64,000 bases of DNA, from assembly GCA_037379345.1 (NCBI GenBank), contig CM074512.1:61897597-61961596 (forward strand), read 5' to 3'. This document shows positions 26,732 through 39,780 of this stretch, in pieces. The DNA comes from Perna viridis (lineage: Eukaryota). The position numbers and the translations under genes are program-made. Numbering within the stretch: the first letter of the stretch is position 1; the number at the start of each line of letters is the position of its first letter. The notes beneath the pieces were generated by a model. It searched no databases, was not told the DNA's origin, and was given only the letters and a program-made list of their open reading frames with translations.

Positions 26732-29700
26732 CTAGTAGGTACAAAAAGCTCTGTATATCACCATGTTGATGGAATGCAGTTTAATAGTGACTATTTCGTC
26801 AGTTACTATAAATAGAACAGTCCCTGGTTTCAACTTTATAGATATATTGTTGGTACTGCTTACAGCTTCCCCTAATCCAGTTAATATTAAGCATATGCTC
26901 GAACTGTTTAGTGGTCGCATAGAGATATCTGTTCCCCCGGTTGCCTAAAAGTAGATTGAAAATTAGTACATCATTAGCCTCGGTTCCCCGAGCAGACATA
27001 TGTAAAAATTTCCTCATAATTTACCGACATATTACCCGGTTGATAGGTTATATGGAACGAAAATGATGGTCTTCATGAGACAACGGTACAACAGACGGAG
27101 CATGTTTATATACTTAAGTTTTTTTGTTTGTTTTTTCTTTCTTTGGATTTGTGTATGCTTTTTGTTGTTGTTGTTTCTCTCCAGTTCCTAGCTTCGTCTG
27201 AATCTCTTGAATTTCGAGTTTTTATATATCAATGTTCCCCTAAATTCACATAATTGATGTCACTTACATGTTGCAGTTTAACTATCAGTCTTTCAAGTTC
27301 AAATCGGTCCATAGTTTTTTTTTTTTTACTTTAATGCCATGTGGTATTTTGGGTGTTTGAAACTGTGTTTCGCTTTTAAAATGCCATGTCGAGGTATTTT
27401 GGGAGTGTTTGATTCTGTATTATCTCTTTCAAACTGTTTTGAGGAATACTAATTGTGATTTAGAGAAGAATTATTGACAGGACTTAAGTGTTAAAAGTGA
27501 CAGTACCACTATTGACATGATGGAATACAATATTACTACTAAAACAGTAAACCAATATGATCAGTTTGAGTTTTAAAAATCTCAAAAAAAAATAGTTTTC
27601 AAAATATTTTAACTTTTCTAAAGCATACCCTTTTCTAAAGTACAACCGAACTCTGGGAAATATTTTCAGAAAACAAATCCTATAAGGCTTAATGTAATTT
27701 CCACTTAATATATTTCTACTACCTATTTTATGGCTTAGTATTGTAAGAGCTATGAATAACTAAATCATGTGCAATCAACTCATTTGAACATCTTAAGATG
27801 GCACTAAAGATATTCGAGTTACTTGCATTATGTAGCCTGAGCACATGGCTTTTTGTTTACAAATACTAGTACATCAAATATTCAAATATACTTGTTCCAA
27901 CATTCAAACAAACAACATTATATTTAAATAACAGGGCGAGTTCAGGTGAGGGCGTAAAGGGCGCACACCCCCTTTTTCAAAGAAAAAAAACAAAAACAAA
28001 ATACTACCGTAATCTGCTAAATATTGTACATGTAATAAATATCCTAAAGTTGGTATTAGGGCGTGACTTCGGACATATCTCAGGATAGCCTCGAGAACCG
28101 CACCCTGGATCGCGCCCCTGAATATTCAAAATTAAAATTGCATTAAGTCTAATGGGAATTTCTTAGGTCTGACAAAATTCTGAAAATGTTTCTCTGAGTT
28201 TGTATGCACTACTGAAAACCAAAAGTAGTTTTTTTCAAAGACTAATAATACTCAAACAGACTTAACAAAATACCTTTAGGAGGGACAAAGTGAAATCCTG
28301 AACTCTTGCATCGTATAAAAATTCCGATACTTCAAACTTTTGTTGGAATAATGTTGGTTGTAGTTTTATGTGGTCTGTTTCGAGTTCAAGAAAATTTGCA
28401 GTCTGGCAAAAGGCCTCCACATCGCACAGTTTATTGGACAAAGCGGCTCTTATTACATTGTGAGAACAAGCCATGCATTCTATACAATCTGAAATCGGAA
28501 ATAAATTATTAAAGCCTTATTCATTGTGTGATTGTTTATAACGAAAATGCGCCTTTTCATGATAGTTGACATATACGAGGAAGGATAATCCCCCACATAT
28601 TATTGTGAATTCTATGTCCATCAAGGTCTACTTATCGCATGTTTTCGTATGTTGCATTTTGTAAAAAAAAGGCTTTTAGGCAGTCAAATCATGTTAAATA
28701 TACATTTTTTTTTATTCTATATATTTTCATCTTACATATTTAACACTAAATCATGCTTCGTGAAGTGTGTTGAAAAAATATTAACGGCAGTGGCCGATCC
28801 AGAAAGGGGGAGGGGCAACATGCCAAAATGGGAGGGGTACTCCAAAGCTCTTCAGTTTTTTTAATGTAATCAAACAACCAACTTATTTTGATAGATGGGC
28901 ACGGTACAAAGAGAATGTAGATCTCGATTATTTATGTAGAAAAAATCAACATATTAAGTGTAAATTTTTGTTGATGAGAGAACCCCGCTCTGCAAAATAC
29001 TAGACCCTTCAGGAGGGCTACTAAATACTTACCACCGGACAAGTATGCATGAGGTACGTTACTGTCGATAAAAATAGCATCTCCGGGATCTAGATCGATA
29101 ACATTCATGAAATATACAACAAAAACACCAACGTCTCCAGGATATTCTATAGAAAGCTTTCTTACAATTTCTGGTAGAAACATAGTCGTGTCTTTACCAA
29201 GCGATTCTGAAAAAAAAAATCATTATTCAGATAACTCAAAACGACTTGTTCCCTAGTCACCGTGTCTGTGCAACAGACTATCAGAGTGAGTGTCATTTGG
29301 CCACTTAATTTCTTGATCGCTGAACTAGTTTGTCATGAAAAAAATTATGCCAATTACGTCTGTATTATATACTGAATTATTTCAACATCTTTGTTCTGTC
29401 CTAAATCAAATCTACGACTTGAGGTGGACGAACCGGCTATTTTTGCAATAAGTTTGGGCGTTTTCGATTGGTAGTCACTTTTTAAAAGAATTTTAACAAC
29501 ATATGAACATGTGAACAGCTGTGTATAGCAACGGAAGGGGAACAGGAGTCCCAAACATGCTATAGATTGCACACATGAGTACGCCATAACACAACTTTGA
29601 ATCAACGATCGAATCGTACATACTTTTAGTGGTTGGGCTAATATAAAAACTGTATAAATATGGATCATACCTAATGTACATATTTCTTGTAACAGTGCAG

Positions 29701-32700
29701 CAATTTCTAGTGCAATCACATCCTTACTCTGTTTCAGCAGCGCCCTGAAGCAATCCCTCATTGCTTTTACACAAATATTCAATTCTGAAGAATCACTTGC
29801 ATTTAAGAGGTTTGAGTAATCAGGTCCAATTGCTCTTCTCAGTGGTCCTATATCTAAATAAATAAACCAGACGTCATAATGCAAGTCTTCGTAATTTTAA
29901 ATGTGAAGAATAGGAAGACACATTACACAAACTATGTAAAGGCAAGATACCCGAAGACATCACGCGTATTATTGCGTACGAATGCGTTTCATTTTCAAGC
30001 AATCGATACACCACTAATAGACGGTATCTATGAATTATTTTTACTGAACTGAGTTAGTAGTCCAAGAAGTTAAAGCCTTTAATACAATTCACAAGGAAAG
30101 ATTTTTAGAGATTCTTTGGCACTATGGAATGCCGTCAATGACGATAGACTCGATAGGAGGTTTTTTAAAGTTGGAATTTATACAAATGTTTACGCACGGT
30201 AGGTAAAATATCAGCTTTAATTACATCGAGAGTCAGGCAATGTTGTGTTCTTTAGCCTTTTGATTTATTACAGCGGTGGCTTTGGGTAAAAAGCAAACAA
30301 CTGTCAGCGAAAATAACATCAATATTACATGTATACTCCAAGTCACCTCAGATTGTTTGCGTTGTTTTGAAAGGAACCGTCGAGTAATTACAAAAATAAA
30401 CGCAAAAAAAACGCAAACAATCTGAGGTTACTTGGATTATAGATGGACAGTTTCAGTCTTAGTGGATGACCTAATGCAATCTCCTGTGCAGAGGAATTTT
30501 AAAACTTTATGTACTTCTGTGCCACACTCAGTGCTGTCGCCCCTTAATGCATATTAGTACAGTACACCAGAAACATTTGTAATGAGTAGTGCAATGGTTA
30601 TTTTGTTCACATCCTGTATAGTAGAGCCTATAGATAAGCTAGCCACAGTAAATCTGGAATTTGTTATACATATTGTATGTCTACGGAGAAGATCGACCTC
30701 AGCAGCTTAACTCTCCCATCTTGAGACAAACATGTAGAATACACCGTGGTAACAAGAAAATGCTTGGTGAAATCAATTCATAGTTTGCCTCAGTGTAATT
30801 TACATTAATTCAAACAGTAATTTTCAATGTTTGATTAAATTTGAAAGTATTAATTCTAAGATCATCTCCAAAAGAATAACTCTTAATATCTCTTAATGCA
30901 GGAACATGAACTTTAAATTGTTACTATTTCATGTACTGTCTACTGATGTAGACGACCAAAACAGGGGCATGAACCAATGGTCGACACAAAAGATACAATT
31001 AAAGACTATTTAAACCAACACATTTTACTCAAAAAAATTGCCCATGTTTTTTCGTTCCTTTAGTCAATGGAGTGACATAATATGATTTAGCTCCTAAGTT
31101 GGCGATATATCAGTACACAGTCATACTTTTGATGAAATTTGCCACTTCCTTAACTGATCTGAATCCACAAAGTGCTTTGAAAGTAGTTAAAGCAACGGCC
31201 ATCTCTGGTTTGTGGTTAGAATCCGTGTATACACTTGGTTCCGCTTTATGTAGTCTCTCAGCTGTAATCTGTTAATAGAGTTAACTGTGGGGTAGTCGAA
31301 AATTAAGCTTAAAACATACACTTCCGCATGGAAAGTTCTGCTGTTCGTCATCAAGCCCTTATAGCAATATATGTTTTGAAAATATTGGTGTTTACTATTT
31401 TTGGAGTTATAAGATCAACTTCGTAACTTTCAGGATTCGAACAGCCGAATTGTTTTCTCTACTGTAACGAATCACACTTTATGGCTAAACTCTTCAAAGA
31501 TCCTTTAAATCATGATCTGTTGCGTGAAATTAATGACACTTTTTATAATCTTGATGATATTTTGGACGTAAAGAACTTCGAAAACTGTGTTCAAGATATC
31601 TACCCAAAAGGACTTAAGTTGACCAAGTCTAACAAATAGCACTAGTAAACATTTTCTTGATTTAGATAATACACCAGAAAACGACACTCCTTCATTAAAA
31701 CATATGAAAAAAAGAGATCAGTTTGATTTTCCATTCTTAGATGGTGATATTCCTGAAACACCCTCCCGCGGTATTTACATTTCACAACTGACCCGTTTGC
31801 CCGTGTTTTTTATATAAATATTTTAATGAACGCAACATGTTCCTGAAAGCTTTTGCACAATCAATATCACAGACCTTGTTTTGATGGTATTGTCATACTT
31901 TAATATATGATCTAAGTAATTGCAAGCAATTATGTGGGTTTCTTCTTTGTCTATATGATTCCATGGACAGAATCGAATGCATTATCAAGTGAATATTGTG
32001 GTGTGTTTGTTGTTTCAGTTCATTTTTGATCTTGCAAGTGGGAATGGCTGAGAAGAAGTGGGAATGGACTTGAAGAGGATATGAAATGAATTTAACAAAG
32101 TAGGGGAATGCTTTAAAGCTTACTGAGGCTAATATTACCTTGTCAGGGTGAACTTGTACAGCAAGTGATTTTTCAATTGACAGAACTTTCATCAAGAAAG
32201 GCAACTGTCCATCGGAACAACTGTTGCTACCAGATCCAATGCATGACGGGTTCCTCTTTAACCAATCTGGTAGAGTTTCTATCCGTCCATTGATATTTAA
32301 AGTTGACGGAGAAGTAGGATGAGTGCCCATCCATAACTGAAAACAGAAAAAAAATATTTATTGTTAAAATCTTACGATTTCGTGTTTTATAGTGAATATG
32401 ATACGCGGATGCCAAATATAAACAACTTCAATTTGAGTGACGTATAAAAGCCGAATATTGGACAAAAATCCATCTTTGAACACGATTTAAAGATAAAATA
32501 GTACGTTTAACAGTATCATTCATCTGATTTTCTGCACATGGTAATGATAACAAATATATCACGGACGTCAGAGAAAAAGTCAAAAGAGTAATCAAGGGAA
32601 CCAAGATTCTAGCGGCAATCAAAAGAATGTAATCCAGGGACAAAGACCAGACATGGAAAACAGACAAACACAACAAATAATGTAAAGTAACTAAAATAAT

Positions 32701-33414
32701 ACATACAAAGTAACAAAAGTAAACGGGCAATTCGGACTCCACTAAAAACTGGGAGCATGGACAAGCTAGGTACACCGGTAGGGTAAGTGTCCTCTGCTTT
32801 TCCAAAAACACCCGCCGAGTTGCTCGTCAAGTCCGGGGTAGACGAAAGCGGAAAGGAAAGCTATGACACGTTGAATAAATCAGTTTTCATGTCGCAGATG
32901 GATACACCGTAACGATCCACGCCAAGTTCATGATGACGACCATAGAACTTCTGTAGTGATGACTTCAATCTTGTAGCAACATATCTCTGTTCCAGAAGCC
33001 TAACTGTAGTCTAGCGCTATACAAAAAGTCTGCATAGTTACGGCGAGCTCCGGCATAACGTATGCGTTTTGATATGAAAACTCCGTATGCAGGTGCTGAA
33101 GGTATGTTGCCACAGATGAAAGGAAAGTTGAAAATTCTGAATGAAAAGTCATCACGTTTAGTCAATAGTTTTCCTTTACCACAATGTCTAAACAAATGAC
33201 GCTAAATTGAAATTCAATAATTCCATTTCATTTTGTTATGAATCAAATCATATTTTTCTTAAGATGTATTTCATGTTTGGTTTACCTCTGCGTAGTGTTG
33301 GTTGCTATCGATTTGAAAGTTTGGATCAGCAGACGATAACAGTTGAGCAACCATACTATTTACCCCTCGTTTTCCCCACTGATTGTTCTGTGCGCTGCAG
33401 TTTATTTCAAACAT
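26732..33414 (-). CDS. Mannose-6-phosphate isomerase-like tandem paralog (diverged), 7 visible coding exons, ~417 aa
   Basis: Exons (minus strand): 33414 (acceptor at 33425)-33286 (MFEINCSAQNNQWGK...HYAE), 32336-32139 (LWMGTHP...LPFLMKVLSIEKSLAVQVHPDK), 31268-31127 (YTDSNHKPEMAVALTTF), 29853-29671, 29206-29033 (YPGDVG...PGDAIFIDSNVPHAYLSG), 28488-28274 (DCIECMACSHNVIRAALSNK), 26944-26732 (TAG). Intron positions and phases match the canonical copy, and there is no internal stop or frameshift. A short upstream first exon may exist but was not located. Confidence 0.9.
27932..28120. mobile_element. Small GC-ended MITE
   Basis: CAGGGCGAGTTCAGG ... CCTGGATCGCGCCCCTG imperfect TIR. Confidence 0.5.
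30335..30439. mobile_element. ~100-bp hairpin MITE
   Basis: TCCAAGTCACCTCAGATTGTTTGCGTT / AACGCAAACAATCTGAGGTTACTTGGA, with TA on both flanks. Confidence 0.7.
31500..31870 (+). mobile_element. Old Penelope-like RT fragment (different subfamily)
   Basis: Remnants VQDIYPK.L.L, FLDLD, YEKRDQFDFP, DGDIP..PSRGIYISQL. Confidence 0.6.
32584..33182 (-). mobile_element. Naiad-type Penelope element, 3' fragment, in an intron of the MPI paralog
   Basis: [27 protein letters not shown] plus the same 3' UTR as 15508-15790. Confidence 0.85.
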
Positions 33415-33846
33415 TCGGTCTTCATCTGTAAGATGCACAAGATAAAGTATATTCACTCTGTTGTGCGAACACGATATGATACAACAATTATCATTCGATA
33501 CCCAAATCCGTAGAAACTTCAAAGATTACGTTACACTACAAACTGTAAATTATGTTCCGAAAATAGTCCATGAGTATATAAGGTTTCATACAAATAGAAA
33601 CTAGATCCGGTTAAACAGTAGTATTGATTGTTTTCTCTCTATAAAACAGTTTTCAATAATTTAATCATTCACTTTTCTATACAAATGCATAAGTCTGAAT
33701 GTAATGCTTAGTATGGCACGCCGTTCACGTCACAAGAATGGGATTAAATTACACACTCAAAATGTTTGTTCTTTCATTTTCTTTGTGCAGTCAGCAATTT
33801 ATGGTGTAGTGTTATTTTATATCACATTTTATACTTTTGACGAGTA

Positions 33847-35381
33847 TCAGTGGCCGTTCATGTCAAAATAGGGATATTTCTATCGGCTTACATATTTCTA
33901 TCGGCTTACTTTTAACAAGTACCGGCTTACTTTTCAAAAGTATCGGCATACTTTTCAAAAGTAAGCCGATACAAAAACTTTATGCATAGTGAAAAAAGTA
34001 ACGGCATACTCTTCAAAAGTATCGGCTTACTTTTCAAAAGTATGCCGATACTTTTGACAGAGTTTACAGAGATGTGTAGCCAATCAAATCGATCGTATCA
34101 AAGGTGTGAACCCATAATTAAACGCGCGCTTTCTTCTATGCAAGAGTTAAGATTAAACAAACCTCATGGTCATATACTTTGGTTTTGTTTTTTTTGTTGC
34201 CATATCAATAACGCACATCTACAGTTTTTTTTCTTTCCCAAAACGACCCCCTATCAACCTTTGGAGTATTTTTTTATTTCCAAATTTCTCACTTGGTTTA
34301 CTGCACCTGGTCTCGCTTTTCCTCGTACTTTAAACATTTATTTTTCTTTAACTTTTTTATGATTTTTGTATATATTGTATTATCACTTAGTTCGTTATAG
34401 TTTCATTAGTATTCATATTTTTTTCTTTCTTTATTTTGTTAGGTTATCAATTTCAATCTTCTAAATTATATAATATATTTAAAATATAAATTACAATATT
34501 AAAGCGGGATAAAGGGTCGACCATACAGAGTCACTGGGGTATATACAGGTCTTTAAACTCCTATCGTCGCCATCTCTGCTACTTGAATTTGAACGAAAGC
34601 CTCACATAGATCATTTGTGTTGGTTTTCAGAGAAAGAAGAAATTTGCGGTGACTAATGACTTTTGGATAAGGATATAAACAGGATAATAGATTAAATAAA
34701 GGAGACAACATTTTATACCATTATGGTTAATTGAATTAATGCAATACATCATACATGTAGGCACCAATTATTATAGCCCTTATTGCTACTAATAAAATGA
34801 GTTAATTATTACATGTCAGCCTTACTTGACTGATTCATAATTATACAATTGATTGTTTATTGTTTGCTATTGCTTCTTTAATTTGATCTTTTTAATTATT
34901 TATAGCTGAATTTTTAACTGTCACATGCCCAAAGTGGCAAGCGATTTTATGTACAATATATAGAGAGATTGTTTATTTAATAAAAGGAAACGCTAATAAT
35001 TTTAAAGTCTTCACTAAGCATCATTAATGACCTCCTGATGGGACAGACATAGTTTATAGGCAGATCCCTGGCGTTCAAGCTATCGCGTGGTTTAGGTGAG
35101 AAAATGCTCAGATGTAACGGAACATTGGATTGGTTAATATCTAAAACAAAATGTAAGCCGTTACTTTTGAAAAGTAAGCCGATACTTTTTTCACTATGCA
35201 TAAAGTTTTTGTATCGGCTTACTTTTGAAAAGTATGCCGATACTTTTGACAAGTATGCCGATACTTTTGATAAGTATGCCGATACTTTTAACAAGTAAGC
35301 CGATACTTTTGAAAAGTAGGCCAGTACTTGTTAAAAGTAAGCCGATAGAAATATCCCTATTTTGACATGAACGGCCACTGA
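33847..35381. mobile_element. Non-autonomous DNA transposon with ~200-bp TIRs built from 21-bp subrepeats
   Basis: TA|TCAGTGGCCGTTCATGTCAAAATAGGGATATTTCTATCGGCTTAC ... mirror image ending CCACTGA|TA. Arrays of AAAAGTATCGGC(A/T)TACTTTT. Confidence 0.85.
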
Positions 35382-36330
35382 TAGACGAGAACAGCATACT
35401 TACTTTTAGAATACTGATTTTTTTTATATACATGTATATGCCTTTAGAGTATGGAGGGCAACCGAAGTCTCAGAAATACATACAATATGACTTAATGTGG
35501 GTGCGTTCCTTTTATGGACAACACCATCCGCGTCCTTATGTCCTGCAGGGCAATGTCCTTTGTATTTTTTAATACCATATATGTAATATGCAATATGATG
35601 ATACGACACTACACAAAATGATATGATTTAAGTCAGTATGTTGTAGGCTTACATGAAAAAAATATTAACTCGTTACAAAAGTCTCGCACCATTTACTGTA
35701 ATTGCGCTACCGAAATATTTAAATAACCTGTATTTTTTGTTGTTCGTGGTTCGATACCATGAAAAATCAATGTCGTGGAAAAAATAATGTTTGCTTAATT
35801 GCTTAAATTCCGATCTAAGTTCTTTACTTTCGCACAAATTCATTTTATCCTGTACAATAATGGGGCTAGATGGTATCAAGTGGTTCTTAACTCGAACCCT
35901 ATCCTTTTTACTACGTCTTCCATGAACGACTCTATTCACTACGCTGCTCCATCGTATCATAATTGATACAGGAAAGATAACGTAAGCATACAAGGGTCTG
36001 AAAAAAATTGTCACACCACGGTTGAGCACCAACAGACTGACGTACGGACAGCAGGGTCAACATAAATACTCGCGTTGTGTTTTAACTTGTTTAATAAGAC
36101 AGGAACAAAACGATACACAAGTACAGTACAGTAAAAAGCCAAAACGTTAAAGTTCTGAGCGAAAGTTCCTGGTGCAAGTCTCCAGCCAAAGTCTCTAGCC
36201 AAAATAATACTGCTGCTTATATAGTTAGAGTTTAGCCAAAAAACAAAGTGTAGTAATTGTTAAAATGAACATTTATGTCTATTAACTGTAATTAACTATA
36301 TCAATTGCTGGTCCTAAGGTTATATATTTA

Positions 36331-36420
36331 AGTTCATGCTAAGTTTAATAGTGTCCGAGAAGTCCATGTAAAGTTTAATAGTGTCCACAGAGTTCGTGTA
36401 AAGTTTAATAGTGTCCAAAG
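36331..36420. repeat. 3 x 30-bp tandem repeat
   Basis: agt.c.tg..aagtttaatagtgtcc.... three times. Confidence 0.9.
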
Positions 36421-36444
36421 TATAGATCGGGTTGACCATGATAG

Positions 36445-36750
36445 GGTTACAAATTCTCAAAGATGTTAGAACTGTCAAATAGACCCTTTTGTGCTAACAT
36501 TGGGGTAGTCGATGAGCATGCGTAGAGCATGCTCAAAATACACTTCCGCGAAGAAAACTCTTTTGTTCTACCCAAGCTCTACCTCGCGGAAGTGTATATT
36601 GAGCATGCTCACCAACTTACCACAAAAGGGTCTATTGGCGAAGCCAATTTTTCCAAATTTTTGGTTGTTCCCTCCGCAGGATTCGAACTCGTACCATTAT
36701 AACGCCTGCACTAATTTCAACGCCGGTCGGATAATGGCTTTCGCTGGCCG
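36445..36750 (-). mobile_element. tRNA-derived SINE (family B), interrupted by a MITE
   Basis: B-box GAGTTCGAATCC followed by ggagggaacaaccaaaaattt...ttgacagttctaacatc, as in 47040-47300. Confidence 0.7.
36481..36633. mobile_element. Hairpin MITE with AT TSD (ISL2EU/Harbinger-like)
   Basis: AT|AGACCCTTTTGTG ... CACAAAAGGGTCT|AT, plus an inner IR GAGCATGCTCAAAATACACTTCCGCG / CGCGGAAGTGTATATTGAGCATGCTC. Confidence 0.8.
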
Positions 36751-37559
36751 TCATTCATCCTCGTAGGATATACCTAGGATTGTTATTTGGTTGTTTAAAG
36801 AACAGTTCATGAAGGTTAGAGGATCTATTATATATAAAAGAATGAACATGGAAAAAAAGTACTTGTGAAAGTTCTTACCTATGCTTAATTTGTTGAATTT
36901 CCCCGATTGCTGGTAATCCGACTTTCTATCCATTGCTATAATACTGCATCTGAATAGCTGTGGCATTAAATCTTATGTCAAACTTTTATAAGTCATCCGA
37001 TAAGTCATATATAATTAAAATGTTTGGAATAAACGCCCATGAACACACCTCCCGGATAGGCTAAAGTACATCAGTTTATTAACTTCTATAAAGGTGAATG
37101 TACGCCATAATCCGTATATTTCTTAGGTATGGATATATTGCTCGCGGGATAAATCTGATTAAAGAATTTGCGGCACAATAACCACATTTACCAGTATTTT
37201 TATTTTATTGATTTTCTCAACTGAAGATTAATCAAAACTATTAACAATCATCACCATCCTTGTTGTTGATTACTTTTGATTATTCTTGATCCTGTGCATG
37301 TTTTCGAATGCTGTGGTGTACGTACATAGTCGCAGGAGCTGAGTATCTCTGGTTGTTTGGCTAATACCTATGCTATTTTAATGGTAGAAATATGTGACGT
37401 ATGGGATCTAACAAATATCGTAAAAAGTCCAATTTGCTTTACAAATATAGCATGCGCACATGCAAGCCGAAATGATGTTACACTGACAAATGGAGCAAAC
37501 TTCAATAGGACACTTAAAATTTCAACAGTGGTCTCAGTGATGTGCGCAACATAATCAAC

Positions 37560-39780
37560 AAGTAAAGAAAATTAACCATCAATAAAAAGTGAAAAAATTA
37601 TAAACGTTTGGAAAACTTTAATCAGCCTGCTTTTATTGAAGATTTAGAAAAGGTCATATTTGTAAACAAAGAAGATGAGAATCAGGGTGACATAAATACT
37701 ACATGTATGTATGTCTATTTTGAAAAAAAAAACAATTTGTTAATGTGGTTGAAAAGCATGCAACAATGATACTCAGAAAATACTGTACAAAAACCTGCTC
37801 CTTTTATAAATAAAGAGTTAAGATCAGCAGTTTATAGAAAAAAGACAACTCAATAACAAATTTATCAAATGTAAAACAAATCTTATTTTGGAAAAATGCA
37901 GCAAAGAAAGAAATCTAGTGACAAAAAAATTAAAAAAAAAAAAAAGAACTCCGTTAAAACACATTTTTATGAAAGATGTTTGGGTGGATCGAAGTCCAAA
38001 GATTTTGGCCAACAAAAGGCAGCAAATTTTCTTAATGAAAATGAAAGTATTTATAAATAAGCATATTAACTGAAGTTGCAAACACATTTAACATTTTTTT
38101 TTCATAAATGCAGCAAGAGACATTGGAAACAATGATCTCATCGAGGAAAAATTATTCGAGCATAATGGAAATTCATGAAAATAAAAACATATAATACGAA
38201 TTACAATTTAAAAATATTGAATAAGATTTTGTTAACAAGAAAATAGTAAAACTAAACACCAAGAATATTACAGGCAATGATGGTATATCTGTCAAATTAT
38301 TAAAATTAGCAAAACCTGTGATTGCAAAACATATCACAGACGCTAGAAAAAAAATCTGTATTTCCAAACTAAAACAGACCCAAGTTACACCATTTCACAA
38401 AAAAAAACACACAAGTGACTACAGGTGTGTGAGCATATCACCCGCTATAACAAAATTCGTTGAAAGAGTCATTAATAACCAACTCATGAAATAGTTTATG
38501 TAACACAACCTTATAAAAATGTCATGAAAGAGTAATCAAGGGAACCAAGGTTATAGCGGTAATCAAAAGAATGTAATCCAGGGACAAAGACCAGACATGG
38601 AAAACAAACATACACAACAAAGATCATAAAGTAACTAAAATCATATATACAAAGTAACAAAAGCAAATGAGCAACTCGGACTCCACTAAAAACTGGGAGC
38701 ATGGACAAGATGCACCGGTAAGGTAAGCGTCCTCTGCTTTTCTATGTATTTAGTTTGGCTGGAAATACAATCTACTGTGAAAATAAAGTAAAACTACTTA
38801 GGGTAAGTATTGACTTTGAACTGAAGTTCAACAGTCACATCTCAAATATTTCCAAAAAGGCATCAAAACAACTTAATATACTAAAAAGAATTGGAAAATA
38901 CATAAACAGATTAGACAACCTTACCATATACCATGCTTACACATTATCAAACTTTAAACTGTTGTCTATTCGGTGTATTTCTGTAGCACAAGTAATACAA
39001 ACAAAATTGAAAAAAATCCAAGAGTGGGCACTCTGATTTATTAATGGTCACTATCAAAGTAACTATGAACAGCTGCTAGAAACATCTAAAATACTACTAA
39101 GAAATTAGACGGATAGATCTACGGCAACCCAAGTATTTAACATCTTACACAAAGGGAATCCATAATACTTATGGCTAATGACTTAATAAACATTAAAAAC
39201 ACCAAATATTATTTTAGGTACCAGAATTTAACTGCAATTTCAACAGTAAGAACAACCACATATGGCATAAAATCATTCAGGTATACTGCGGCCAAACTAT
39301 GGAACGAGCTGCCGAACCATTTTATAACATAGACATTTTTCAGTCAGTTAAAAAGTCTCATATATGCATAGAATGGCAGTTCGTGTAACTGCACTGCATG
39401 CACATAACTCATGCTTTTGTTTAATTAGTGCCTTTTATGTTCTTGTTAAATTACATCGGTCGCTTATAGTGCTATCTGATCTGTTACCATCAATAATGGT
39501 TATGCTTATTGCATGTATTGCCAGCTGTTTATATCTAGCCTAGTTTCATTTCTAGAGTTTGCATGTATGTGTTAAAGGGCAGAACATAGTGTGACATTGC
39601 CACATTGTCTTTTAAGACGTAGCCATGTTCATGCTTAGTTGCTTTGTGGGTATTTAATGCTGTATGTCTTATGTGTAGTATATTATTGTTTCTGTTATTT
39701 ATGTCGGTGTTAAAAGCTCATTAGAGCTTGTACTGTAATGTTTTGCATGCGCCAACTTTAAAGCTTTTGAACTTTGAAAA
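37560..39780 (+). mobile_element. Degenerate CR1/L2-group LINE
   Basis: Remnants: KSDYRCVSISP..TKFVERVI, VKLLRVSIDFELKFNSHISNISKKASKQLNILKRI, YGIKSFRYTAAKLWNELP. 3' ttaaaagctc..agagct hairpin and a (TTGAAC)-type tail. Confidence 0.8.
38528..38744 (-). mobile_element. Naiad-type Penelope 3' UTR fragment inside the CR1-like LINE
   Basis: Near-identical to 15508-15724. Confidence 0.85.

Noticed and set aside
33880-34060. CRISPR-like array in the 21-bp repeats
   Set aside because: There are no unique spacers. The units are contiguous subrepeats of a eukaryotic transposon TIR. ORFs such as 34977-35294 are repeat artefacts.
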